From Mobula hypostoma (taxonomy: Eukaryota): a DNA stretch of 64,000 bases. The stretch is taken from NCBI RefSeq assembly GCF_963921235.1, contig NC_086108.1:23994001-24058000 (forward strand), written 5' to 3'. The translations under genes were made by a program, and so were the position numbers. Shown here one piece after another: positions 39,761 to 52,822 of this stretch (position 1 is the first letter of the stretch; the number at the start of each line of letters is the position of its first letter). Under the pieces are notes generated by a model. That model was not told the DNA's origin, made no database searches, and was given only the letters and a program-made list of their open reading frames with translations.

Positions 39761-40412
39761 TCTGGCTAAAGTAGGGAAGTATTCTGTATCTCAACAGAAG
39801 TGTTGAAGTTGAGACGATTAAATAATGAAAAAGACAAAAAAAGTCCTGATATCTAAAGGGAACTCAGAGATGCAGTGGATGAAGCAGTCTTTTGGTTTGG
39901 ATGAGAGTGACGTTGTAAAGAGCAAGGAGCTCTAATCATCCAGACAAGTTGACCAGAGATCTGAATTCCAGTGTAAGGTGAAAGTAACTGCCTTGATATT
40001 ATCTCAGCATTTGATCACATACGACATCAAGGAGCCTGGTAAAATTAGTCAAAGGACATAAAGGAGAAAACACTAGTGGTAAGAATCACAACATGCTCAA
40101 AGAAAGATGGTTGTGGATGTTGGAGGTCAATCATCCCACTTCTGGATGTTGCTGTAAAGGTTCCTCAGGGCAGCGTCCATCCATAGCTGCTTCATCGATA
40201 ATCTTTCTTCTACCATACAGTCAGAAGCGGGGAGATTTGCTGATGATTATAAATGTTTAGTGCTGCTCTCAACTCCTCAGCAACTGATGCTGCACATGCC
40301 TGCACTGAGCAAGACCTGGACAACTTTGAAGTACAGGCTGTTAAGTGGTAGGCGGTACTGTATTTCCATTGCAGCAGCGGCAGGTAATGACTATGAATAC
40401 AATAAGGTACTT

Positions 40413-40700
40413 TAGTGGTTAGCAAATGTTTTAAGGTGTTAACGATCTGTTTTCAATTCCTGCTGCTGTCTGAAAGGAGTTTTTATGTTCTCCCTGTGAA
40501 CGCACAGGTTTCCTCCAGATGCTTCAGTTTCCTTCCAACCTCCATTGATGTACGGGTTAAGGTAACGGAATTGTGGGCAGGCTATGTTGGCACCAGAGCC
40601 TGGCAACACTTGCTGGCTGCCCAACACATCCTTGGACAAATGACACATTTTACTGTATGCTTCGATGTTTTGATGCACAATAATTAGCGAGCATCCTAAC
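40413..40700 (+). mobile_element. tRNA-derived V-SINE-like element
   Basis: It has an A-box-like tagtggttag and the V-domain-like ggagtttttatgttctccctgtgaacgcacaggtttcctccagatgcttcagtttcct. A reverse copy lies at about 46680-46975. Confidence 0.6.
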
Positions 40701-41059
40701 TTCTGACCCTGTGGTGCAAGGAAGGTCATTGATAGAAGGGCACTGACTGAAGATGGCTGGTATTAGGACAAGTGATAATCTGGGTTGAGAGGATTAACCT
40801 CCAACAACTAACAATTATGTTTCTTAATTTGATTTACTTCTCCAATCAGTGGAATTGCACTGTGGATGCACATACATGACCTGCCCAGCTAAAAATAATT
40901 GCAGATGGGGATGCAGATACAGTAAGAATGTTACCAGAACATTCTAAGATAGAATCGAGACGTGTTTCTGAAATGGCAATGTAAAACATCAGTTCACTGT
41001 AGTATTTTAGAGACACAAACCTCAAAAGCTGTGCACACATATTTCAAATGGTTCTCAGC

Positions 41060-41300
41060 CTTGGCTCCAGCTCAGTCTCATACCCAAGGTTTGAGCTATG
41101 GATTCAAGTCCAATTCCTGATATGAGTGCACATAATTCTAGGCTAATGCCCTAGTGTAGTACAGAATGCTGCACGTTTAGAGGTGGCACCTTTCAAATGA
41201 GACAAATATTCACAAGTCTATCCTCCTTTCAAATGAATGAAAAATAAATATTTCACTCATTCATAACTAATATTAACTCTTAGTTAACAGCATCAACAGA
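41060..41300 (+). mobile_element. Ancient Deu-domain SINE remnant
   Basis: ggattcaagtcc (B box-like) followed by ctaggctaatgccctagtgtagtac...tgctgcac...gaggtggcacctttcaaatgagac resembles the Deu-SINE core. Confidence 0.5.
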
Positions 41301-41567
41301 ATAAGCAGATTTATTTTTGGTTCAGATTGTTGGGCTCTTTTCCCATTAAAATTATATGATAAAATGAGCTGTTATCAGTTTTAATTAAAAATAGTTTGAG
41401 GCAAATGTATCAACTCTTGGTTTCAATAATAAATTGCAACAAAATTAGTAATGATGTTAAATGATACCTGCACATTCAATCATTCATATCCCCTGTCCTT
41501 TTACCAGCCTGGGCTTTATCCCCCAGGTACAGTAGCCCAGTTACATTATTGACTGACATGTTCAATT

Positions 41568-43160
41568 ACACTGGACAGCCAATGTTTTCAAAGGTATTGC
41601 TTCTTCAGAATTTTTTTGTGGTTATGATAGACCGCTTGAAGTTGAACACAATTATAATTTCAGCCTACTGGTACCATGTAGAAATTTGGAGAAACAAGAA
41701 ATTAACCTATATTGAATGTAACGCTCTTAATTGCATAACTGTGCTGACACTTTGCCATATTTTAACTAAACTAAAAATGTTCTGTTGATGGTTTTCATTG
41801 GTACTCAGTGGCTGAGGCTTCTCGCTTAAGTGTCCAATAATAATCTGCAAGTTGCCCTGATACTGTTTCTCCATGACCGCAATGTCCTGGTAAAACCTTT
41901 CACCATACTTGTCACTGACAGCTCCAAGATTAGCAGGGAAGAGGTCTAGATGGGAATGCAGCAAATGAATCTGTAGTGACATGTTGCACTCCATGGTTTT
42001 GTGTGCTTGAAACATGTTGTCAGCCAGCTGCATGTAGTTCGGTGCTCTGTAGTTACCAAGAAAATTTTTAACATTCTTGAATGCCTCCCATTCAATTTTC
42101 TCCGGTTCCACTAGAAGTTCTTCTAATTGCCTGTCCTTGATGATGTGCTTGATTTGTGGAATAATAAAAATACTGTCCTTAATCTTGGCATCAGTTATTT
42201 TGGGAAACAATGGTCTCAAATATTGAAATCCATCATATAAATTTTTGTGCCTGGTAACATCTTTGCAGTCTTGAACATAGTAATTATGCATTTACCCATG
42301 ACAAGCCCAAGTCTCTGATCAGATCACAAACAAGAGAAAAATATGCAGATGCTGGAAATCCAAGCTTGTTGTGTGATTGAGTTAGCAAATAAGGCAACAT
42401 AAAGGGATGAAGGGAGATTGGGGTATTCAATAGATTTCCTGATTTTAGTAGTGAAACCAGACACACTGGTCAGATAGATCTAGCAGTCCGTCACGTGACC
42501 CTTCTGACCTTGCCATATCATTGGAACAGTGAATTGCATTGACTGCCAAGTACCTCTGAGCGAAGTTCTAAGATCGATAGTGCATGTTGCACAACAAATG
42601 TGAAGAGCCCAGTCTATCCCTTGGTCATCAATTTTACACCAAAAGTAGAGCTCATAAGCTTTCTTAATAAAAGGAGTCATGTTCCATCTTTGAGACTAAA
42701 TGTATACTCTCCACAAATATAACAGAAATGAACCTATATTGACTATAATGCACATAATCGCAGCTGGTAAAATCCTGAATATACAATTATTTGATTATAA
42801 TGAGTACACACAATACGCTATGTGCGTAGAGCATGTACATCAACATCATTGCAAACTGATACACATGTAAAAGCAATGCATAGAACAGTGTGTGTGCGAT
42901 GCTTTTATAGCCTTTCTAAAACTCTCCCTGCCATTCAACATCTGCCCTGCCTAAGCGTGCCCAGGCATGTTTGGACAAGATAGAAGACTTCTTAGCTTAC
43001 GTTGTGGATAACATTTTAATTGACTTGAATTATGAAATGAAATAACAAATGTAGGTAATACGTGATAGGGATATTTCATGGTGATTTTCATGATCAGCAG
43101 CACAAAATCCATAAGATACACCCAAAAGTATTCAGGAAGCAATATTTTTGTGGTCCAGTA
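41568..43160 (-). mobile_element. DNA transposon deletion derivative, probably Sola1-type
   Basis: Transposase remnants include FCYICG, YELYF...HICCATC...VPMIW...HVTDC and CNMSLQIHLLHSHLDLFPANLGAVSDKYGERFYQDI. Imperfect termini (ac)actggac / gtccagt are flanked by AATT and ATAT. The superfamily label is from memory. Confidence 0.7.
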
Positions 43161-43344
43161 ATATGTTTCTAAAAGCAAATATGATTGGTCAGTGGTCTTT
43201 GCACATTTTGAAAGCAACATTCTTAAAGCAAGATCCATGGTGAACAACGTAAAATATGCTGCCGGCACTGAGCTTTATCCACTCAAAAGCTAAAAAAAAA
43301 TTAAATATCTTAAAAGGAAATCACGGACATTCTATTCACTTCTT

Positions 43345-46080
43345 ATATACTTCAAAAATAGACCTTTTTCACAATAAAAATATACAAAAAAATTAGTGCA
43401 AAACTTCTACATTCATAGTCATTCCATTCAGTAGTGTTATTTTTTAAAACCTTAGCACCATGACCACGTACTGTATGTGCCCCCTTTGGGTGATACACCC
43501 TTTAGTTGTTTAAGTGACCTCCTCATCCAATTTGGGCCCACCGTGTGCAGTATTGGAAGGCGACCGGATTATGGTCCTTCCCACTGAACATTTGCATTGG
43601 CTGCACCAAGGTTTGCTTCATCCCTCAGCACATGCCCTTGTAGTCAGGAATGTGCCAATAGGCAACATTCCCTTTTGGACATCTTGCTGTGCTGGAAGAC
43701 CAACAGGTTTCAGGCAGATCAAAGTGCCTGCTCTGTTATGAAGCTGGAAATGAACCGGGATCTAGACCCTTGTATCCTTCTCTACATCGCTTAATAAATC
43801 CACAGTCTACAAAGGGATGGGGACTGCCTCTGCCCTGCCACGGCCTTTACAAAGGCAGTGTGCATTGAGGAAGATGTGTCATCTGTTTACGAAGGAGTTG
43901 ACTGTAAGGACTCTCTCACTGCCAGCCAGGTGAGATCTTGATGAATTCTAGTGATGAGCAGTAGATTTGGATAGCTTGCTCAGGGAACCACTTACAGTAT
44001 CCATAGAGTCCCTGTTTCGCAGTGTCTGCAGGGCATTCCATGCTGACCACTGCCAGATGGACTTGTGGTCAAAGGTATTTACTTGGAACAATTCTTCCAC
44101 AAAGGGCAGGTAGTCTGGCAACATCCAGCTGACCGCGGTGTTGTGAAGCAATAAGGGCAGACTTGTTCTCACAAAACCGGGGACAGGAAGAACCTTAGCA
44201 CAGAGTGGCACTTGGTGTCCGTGTACTTTGGATCAATGCAACAGCCACACATGAAGGTGGTCATCAGGATGAGGGCAACACTGGGCACAATGTTGCTCCC
44301 TTTCTCCGGGGATTTGTACATCATGATCCTTGGGACTTGCTCAATCTCAGACCTGCTGGTGAACTGGATGGTGGTTTGGGTGATCACTGAAGGAGGGAAA
44401 GAGGAAATGGGCCACAGCAGCCCTGAGAATACATTCACCTGATAACTAAGTTCTTCCCAGATACTGACAGCGAATTCCATTTCCATAAACCTAATTTTTC
44501 TTTGACGTTCCCAATTCACTCCAGCTTTTTACTTTTTACAAAGCTCAGCCTCTCAGAACTATATCCCTAGCACCTTCAGGTAGTCAGACCTGATGGTGAA
44601 GGGGGACTTTGCATCGGCCAGGACTATTGCTGAAGATTGGGGCCTCACTCTTGCAATGGTTAACTCAGGGCCCTGATGTCAATTCAAACTAGCTGCAGGG
44701 ATGAAATGAGCATTGGCTCATGCAGAAGAGGGTGACATTGTTCATTACAGGGAGGTTTGACATGATAATATCACCAGTGCCTGATAATATCACCCCCTCC
44801 CCATGTTCTCACTACTCCAGATGGATTCAGCAAAGGGTTCCATGCAACATGTAAACAGGAGAGAGGAGACTAAACAGCCCTGCCTGACTCCAGGCCTGGT
44901 GAGAAAACTTTGTCTCTAACCCATTGATTTGAATTGCACTATGGATACTTGTTTACTGCAGTTGGTTCCAATTTCTGATTCCCTCCCCTAAAGCCATTTT
45001 GGACAACACATGTGTCATGTATATGTGTGATATCCTGTCAAAGGCTTCTAATCAGGCAGTCATCCACCCATCTGTTGTGCACATATGTGACAGTATACCT
45101 GTGCAACACAAGACTACCGAAGATTTTCTTGCTAGGTATAGCAAGGCTTAGTCTGCACAGATCACCTGTCTCATAGAAGACTTGACCCAGTTGGCTATAG
45201 CTTTGAATAGGACCTTACAGTCTACATTCAAAACTGAAATGGGTCTCCAATTCCTCATATGCTCCCTCTATCCCCTTCTGTTTGTTGATGACGATAATGA
45301 AGCCCTTCCTCATTGAGCCTGCTGTGGTATGGCCAGAATCATAGCATTGTGCATGGCCGGAATCACAGCGTTATGCACGGCCGGAATCACAGTGTTATGC
45401 ACGGCCAGAATCACAGCATTACGTACGGCCAGAATCACAGCGTTATGTGTGGCCAGAATCACAGCGTTATGTACGGCCAGAATCACAGCGTTGTGCACGG
45501 CCAGAATCACAGCGTTGTGCACGGCCAGAATCACAGCGTTATGTACGGCCAGAATCACAGCGTTGTGCACGGCCAGAATCACAGCGTTATGTACGGCCAG
45601 AATCATAGTGTTATGCACGGCCAGAATCACAGTGTTATGCACTTCCAGCACATCTGGCCCCATCAAGTTGCACAGAGTCAAGTACAACTGTGTCGGTAAG
45701 CCATTGCTTCCGGGAGTTGTATTCATGCCAAGGGAATGGATGGAACCAGTCAGCATCTCCAGGGACTGTGGCTGATCCACACTTTCTTGCTCCTGGGCTC
45801 TCTGTGGTCCTTCTGTCATACAGACTGACATAGAAGAGTCTGCAGATCCTCAATATATCTGTGTGCCAGGATGGTACTGAGGTATTCTCTTCCTTAAGGC
45901 TATCACAGTGCTCCTCCATGAACCTTTTGGAAGGAACAGCATGAGAAGATTACATCCTGCTCCACAAAACAGACTCTGGATCTGAAGATGATTCCAAGAC
46001 AAAGAGCACAATTTGACAGCTCTTCACCTCTCAGAGTTCTGCTCTCACATCCATCTCTCTTAAATGCAGAATCAGTTGCT
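43345..46080 (-). mobile_element. Tx1/L1-clade LINE ORF2 remnant
   Basis: Contains TPGSNGLP, a WRPIS.LNVD.K-like motif (~45190-45255), C-terminal Cys/His region remnants and an AT-rich 3' end. Confidence 0.7.
45329..45642. repeat. 24-bp minisatellite, about 13 units
   Basis: The unit is ggccagaatcacagcgtt(a/g)tg(c/t)ac, which gives the repetitive ORFs (AVHNAVIL)n. Confidence 0.97.
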
Positions 46081-47989
46081 GTAAGTCTGCATTTTTAAAA
46101 ACTTACGTGGATAAACTCTCCACGATACACACCCCATCAAAACCTTTACAGGTACCAAGTTCTTGAGCACCTTCATACAAATCACTTGAATGAAACACTG
46201 GGAGTTGCAGAAGTTTCAGCAGTCTAAAGAGGACAGGTCTCAAGGATAGTGTTCAATAACATAATACTTGTGAGTTTATCCTTAGAAGTGTCCTCTCTCA
46301 GCAATTTTCTGCACCTCAAGTACCTTATTTACATAACCTGGACGAAATTTATGAGCAGCTTGTGGTGCTGTTACTAGTATCACATTTATGTGGTAATCGA
46401 CCCTGTCCATTGTCATTCTAAAATAAGCCTTTTTAACGTAAAATCAATGTTTAATTCTATCTGCTCACAAAGTGAGCCTCTGTTTCTGCTTGTTTTTACT
46501 TCCTCACATCAATTGTTTTTCAATCATGTTTCAATCATGCTCTTTTGTTCAATGACAATGCTAATATTTTTTTAAAAATGAAAAAAAAACCTTGAAAATT
46601 CTTCAATACAATCCTGATGACCATTCTTACCAAATTCTGATTCAGAGATCAAAACTATCCAAGAATAACTCAAAGATAAAAACAAATTAGCTTTATTGTT
46701 CACATATACATCGAAACATCCAACTTAAAAGTGAAATGCGCGTTTGCGTCAGTGACCAACACTGTATGAAGATGTGCTGGGGACAGCCTGCAAGTGTGGT
46801 CATGGTTCCAGCGCCAACATAGCATGTCTACAACTTAATAACTCTCAGCCATACGTCTGAGGAAACCCGGAGCATCCGGAGGAACATACAAACTTCTGCA
46901 GCCAGTGGTGGGGATTGAACCCCAGGCTGGCTCTGTAAAGAGTTATACTAACCACTACGCAACGATGCTGCCTTCCTTCCACTCCATCATCAGATTTCTG
47001 AACACTCCATGAGTCCATGAACCGTAACTCTGATTGGGGTCGTGGTTGTCTCTATTTGAGTGACTGTGAGGACCTCACCCCGGTGGCACCCTCTTCTGGA
47101 CTGTCCATGTGATCACTGGCCCACCACTGAAAAGGCCCAGCTCATTTGTACTCACTCCCTATGCAGGCTGGGGTGACTGCCTTCAGATGCTGTGCGTATT
47201 TTCTTTTCTTTCTTAGTCTGCCAAGCCATCGAAGTTGTGGAGCCTGATGCCTCTGTGTAACTCGGATCCCTTCCCAGCTGCTTTCCCCAAAACCTTTTCT
47301 ATTCTGAATATTACAAAGTTCAAAGGTGCAATTTAATGCTGGAGAAATGTATGCAATATACATCTTGAAATGCTTTTACTTTGCAACCATCCACGAAAAC
47401 AGAGAAGTGCCCCGAAGAATGAATGACAGTTAAATGTTAGAACCCCAAGGTCTCCCCCAGCTCCCCCCTCCCACACATAAGTGCAGCGAGCAACAATACC
47501 CCTTCCCTCCACCGGCAAAAGAAAGCATCAGCACTGTCACTCAGCACTCAAGCATGAGCAAAGCTACAGCAAAGACATAGACTTGCAGTTACCCCAAAGA
47601 CTTTGCGTTTCACCCAGTATTTGACAAAACCACAGGTTCTCTCTCTCCCTAAACATCTACCTTCATCAACCAGCCTTTATGACAGATGATAGTTACCATT
47701 ATATTTTAACATGCTGCTCACGGCTTGCTGTCGCAATCTCGTGCTGACTTCTGCATTTGTATTTGTTGTGGTCTGCTTCCATCAGGAGATGTAATGCAGC
47801 AGGATGGTGTTCATCACTTAGGTTCCCTGCAAAGACACTGTTACAGGGCACACTTGACCTTTCACTCTGTCTGTGAGGGCGACAAGAAGGCGAGTGCAGA
47901 GTTTTGTTGGGACTGTACACCAACACAGGCGACACTCATCCGGAGCACCACCTGTCGTTGTATCTTGTATCCACCCGGGAGAGAAGCTG

Positions 47990-49970
47990 TCTTTTCAGCC
48001 AGGTCCCTTATCATGACTTTGTCACCTGCCCTCTACTCTCTCTGCACCAATCCCAACCTCACCATCAAACCCGCAGACAAAGGGGGTGCTGTTGTAGTGT
48101 GGCGCACTGACTCTGACTTTGTTGTGGCGAGGTGGCAATTCTCGGACACCTCCTCATACCTACCCCTCAAAGAGGATGCCATCTCCAGACCATCAGGAAA
48201 CTGTCTCCGACATCATCACTGACCTCATCCACTCTGAACTCCCATCCACTGCCACCAAATCCTTACCCCACACTGCACGCTTCTACCTCCTACCCAAGCT
48301 CCACAAATCAGACTACTGGGTAGGCCTATTGTTCTGCCCACTTTTGCCAAACTGGACTCAGGTCCTCATATCTCAATTCCATTCTATTCACCTTCGTTCA
48401 GTCTCTACCCACATATATCTGCGACACTTCTCACGCCCTCCATCTTCTCAGTAATTTTCGATTCCCTGGCCCAGACTGACTCACCTTCACCATGGATGTT
48501 CAGTCCCTAAACATTCTGTCCCCATCAAGAAGGCCTCAAAGCTCTCTGCTTCTTTCTTGATAAAAGAACCAACCAATCTCACTCCACCACCACCCTCCTC
48601 CATCTGTCAGAACCGGTCTTCACCCTGAACAGTTTTTCCTTCAGCTCCTCCCACTTTCTCCAAACTTGAGGAACAGCCAAGGGCATTTGCCAGAGCCCCA
48701 GCAATGCCTGCCTCTTAATTGGCTACGGAGAACAGTCCATGTTCGAGATCTTTATATTCTCCCGCTTCCTCCACTACATTGGCACTACTTCGTGCACCCG
48801 TGCTGAGCCTGTCAATTTTATCAACTTTGCCTCTAACTTCCATCCTGCCCTTAAGTTCACTTGGTCCTTCTCTGACACCTCCCTCCTCTTTCTCCATCTC
48901 TGGAGACAGACTGTCTACCAACATCTTTTATAAACCTACTGATTCCCAGTTATCTGACTATACCTCTTCCCACCCTATCTCCTGTAAAAATGCTAATCCC
49001 TTTTCTCAGCTTCTTCACCTCCACCGCAACTTTTGTCAGGAAGTGGCATTCCATTCCAGGACATTGAGATGTCCACCTCCCTTAAATAACGGGGTTCCCT
49101 CCCTCCACCCTTGATGCTGCTCTCACCTGCATCGTCCCCATTTCCTGGAAATCTGTGCTCACCTACCATCCTATCAGCCTCAACATCCAACATATTATCC
49201 TCTGCAACATCTGCCATCGCCACAGGGATCTTAACACTAAACATACCTTTACTTTCCAACCCCACATTCTCTGCTTTCATCCCTCCCAACTAATTTCTCT
49301 CCTAGCACTTATCCAAGTGAGGCAACACCTCGCCTACGAATATGCTGGGGATACCTACTGTGTCAGGTGCTCCCGATGCGGCCTCCACTTCATTGGTGAG
49401 ACCCATTGTAAATTGGGGGACCGCTTCGTCGAGCATCTCCACTCCATCCACCATGTGGGACCTCCCGGTGGCCAAACATTTCAATTCTGATTCTTATTCC
49501 CATTCCAACGCACCAGTCCATGATGTACCAAGATGAGTTCACCCTCAGAGTCTGGGTACCTGCGCAACACAAGACTATTGAAGGGTACCCTCCAGCCTGA
49601 TGGCATGAATATTGATTTCTCCTTCCGGTAAACAAACTTCCCTCTTTCCCTGTTTCCCACTCTGTTCTTTTACCTCCTCTCACCTGCCTATCACTGCCCC
49701 CTGGGTTCCCCCTCCTTCCGTTTCTCCAATAGTTCACTCTCCTCTCCTATCAGATTCCTTCTTCTCCAGCACTTGACCTTTCCCACTCACCTGGCTTCAC
49801 CTATCACCCTCCAGCAAGCTTTCTTCCCCTCCTCCCACCTTCTTATTCTGGTGTCTTCCCCCTTCCTTCTCAGTTTTGAAGAAGGGTTTCTGCCCAAAAT
49901 GTCAACTATCTAGTTATTTCCATAGATGCTGCCTGACCTACTGATTTCCTCCAGCACTTTGTGTGTGTTC
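47990..49970 (+). mobile_element. Penelope-like element, decayed RT plus GIY-YIG endonuclease plus pseudo-LTR
   Basis: Contains LTIKPADKGGAVVVW, ARFYLLPKLHK and YCVRCSRCGLHFIGET...RFVEH, then a pyrimidine tail and a degenerate hammerhead at about 49871-49910. Confidence 0.9.
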
Positions 49971-50553
49971 CTATGAAATACAGCAGCCTGTATTGGGAAT
50001 TTTATTATAGAGACAACTTTCAAGTCACTTAAAGACTTTCAGTGCAAATTCACAAGGATTTGTCAAGGATTGGAAACTAATTATGAGGAGAAAGTTGAGA
50101 TACTAGCACATTTTCCACTGCAGCAGAAAAATCAATAAGGATTTAATGGGCATTTTCAATAATGAAAATATTTTGGTTGTGAGTAGGGAAGACACAACTT
50201 CATCTCAAAAATCAGCAGGTTTAGTTATGTCAGTAAGCAGCAGCATGCAGCGTAGCATGGAGAAGATTATTTTATGCAGGATTGAATTGTTTCATTAAAA
50301 TGACTAGAAGTCAAAAAAAACTGACATTGGAGAAATAGAACCACAATGAAGAAATATGACTAGATGAACTCAAGATAGCAAATAAAATTTTAGTAAACTG
50401 ATTGACTTGGAAGAATGTGCAAATGGAATTTAGATAAGAGGATTCTAAGGAGGAATATGTTGGGACATCCATCTGATACTCTCAACCTCAAATCAGAATT
50501 GAGACTGCAATTCACTCAGAATAAGAAACCGAGTTATGTACCTCCCAATTCTA

Positions 50554-51358
50554 AACACAAAATAATCTGCAGATGCTGTTGTCAAAGGAACACTCACAAT
50601 GCGCTGGAGGAACTCAGCAGGTCAGTCAGCACATACGCTTACAGGAATAAGTGCCGGGTGGGAGATCCGTGGGGATGGACATGCGGATAAGTGAGTCGCG
50701 GAGGGATCGATCCCTACACCTGTCCCTACATCTCCTCTCTTGCCACCATTCAAGGCCCCAAACAGTCCTTCCAGGTGAGGCAACACTTCACTTGCGAATC
50801 TGTTGGGGTCATCTATTGCATCTGGTGCTCCCGGTGCGGCCTCCTCTATATCGGTGAAACCCGACGCAGATTGGGGGACCGCTTCGTCGAGCACCTCCAC
50901 TCAGTCCGCCATAACAGACAGGATCTCCCGGTAGCCACCCACTTCAACTCTGCTTCCCATTCCCATTCAGATATGTCCATTCATGGCCTCCTCCACTGCC
51001 ATGATGAGGCTAAACTCAGGTTGGAGGAGCAACACCTCATATACCGTCTAGGTAGTCTCCAGCCCCTTGGTATGAACATAGAATTCTCCAACTTCCGGTA
51101 ATTCCCTCCCCCTCCCTTCCTCTATCCCTATTTCATATCGCCTCCCTCATAGTTCCGCCTCCTTCTACTATTGTTCTCCTGCCTCCCCTCCCCCACCCCT
51201 TTGTCTTAAAAATTACTGTTTTTTTCAACTACCAGCATTCTTCAAACCCTCCCCAAAGTTCTTCCTTCGGTCCTGACGAAGGGTTTCGACCCAAAACGTC
51301 AACTAATCTTTTCTACTGATGCTGACTGACCTGCTGAGTTCCTCCAGCGCATTGTGAG
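50554..51358 (+). mobile_element. Young 5'-truncated Penelope element with an open GIY-YIG frame (50691-51101) and inverted pseudo-LTR
   Basis: The frame reads VIYCIWCSRCGLLYIGET...RFVEH...VATHFN. The TSD tgtacctcccaa(t/c)tcta lies at 50537-50553 and 51359-51375. An inverted pLTR piece is at the 5' end. Confidence 0.93.
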
Positions 51359-52719
51359 TGTACCTCCCAACTCTATCAGATGTCCTAAGGATGATCTTGC
51401 CTCGGTAGAAAAAAATCGTTAACTTGTTGAGTTACAGGCCTTAGGATTCCAACTGCACAGTTACTTGAACATTTTCTATTTGTAAGTTACTGATATTTGT
51501 CACCTCATTGCTGAACATCTACTTCTTACACAATCGATGATGGTTTGCTGAATAAAGTTGCAACAAGATGTCTTGCTGCAAACTGATGCCTAGGTATAGA
51601 TATTTTGCCATTTAGTTTTATTTAAACAGGGAAAAGGAACATTGGTCGGGATATCGAAGGAGCCCATGGGATCTCAGAGGAGCTTGCTGGGATGTCGGAG
51701 GGATCAGGTTGGATCTGGAGGAGCAGATCTGGCTGCAGACCGTGTTGCTGCTGCTACTCGGAAGCATCAGAGATAGTATAGTATAACCGTGGGAGATTTC
51801 ACTTGTGATCGCAAGATTCTGTTGGACAGTGATAATGTAAGCTGTCATAGAGCTGTTAACCTTGTCTGAAGGAGGGACAGTCGACATGGGAGCTGTGTAG
51901 CCTCAGTTGTAGCAGGAACTAGGCCGCAAACCACGGGCTTGCATGCTGCTGTAGACCAGGTGAGAGTACTACAGTGTGGTTGAGCTCGGCTGGGGCCTGT
52001 CCTATCCCTTCAGTGCTGCCCTCCCACGTTCGAGCAGTGGAATGCCAGGCTGGATTGCATGCATCTGTACACTGCTGGGAGACTTTACCATCAATTGCAG
52101 GGCTTTGTTGCTCAGGGTCTTGGACTATATATGTGTTTTGAATGAATGTTTCTTTGCTCAATATTTTGAATTATGTTACTATTTTGAAAGTTTTGCACCT
52201 TGGCCCCAGAAGAACACTGACTCATTCCATTGTATCTATGGTTTGAATGATTATTAAACTTGATTTGATTTAAAAAATATAAACACTTTTCCACAGCAGT
52301 TGAGGAAGGTGGGCAATTGGAATGGTATTCTGTAGAGTGTACACTAGCCCAACTATAGTAAGTTAGCAGAAAATTAAGACGTAATTCCCCTGCAATGGTG
52401 AGGGTGTCTGAGGTGGTGGCCAAAGTGAGCCTTCATCTTCACTCTTGGATGGATGTAGAAGTCAGGTGCTTGGAGAGCTTTGGCTAACCTCTTACCCAAC
52501 ATTGCTAACATATGTTTTCTGCAAATTAATGTGAAACATTGTGTGAGAGTTGATATTTCTGACCTGTGGTTCTCATTTCTCACGCAATAACAATGTTCAG
52601 GCACACAAATCTATGTCATAGCATAGGATTCCCTCCCCTCAATACCCTCACCAATCCCTCTCCACTACACCACATCTTTTTCATTATCTAACTTTTCCTT
52701 AAGTGTATCTGTGTTATCT

Positions 52720-52822
52720 GTCTGTCCCAAAGAAAGGTCATGGCCCAAAACGTCAACTGTTTATTCAATTCCATTGATGCTGCCTTGACCTGCTGAGTTC
52801 CTCCAGCATTTTGTGTGCGTAT
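52720..52822 (+). mobile_element. Penelope pseudo-LTR fragment
   Basis: Reads ggcccaaaacgtcaactg...gatgctgcc..gacctgctgagttcctccagcattttgtgtg. Confidence 0.75.

Noticed and set aside
45310..45831. Repeat-protein ORFs (AVHNAVIL / GQNHSVMH / TARITALC)
   Set aside because: They are open on both strands only because the 24-bp unit lacks stops, and they sit inside a dead LINE.
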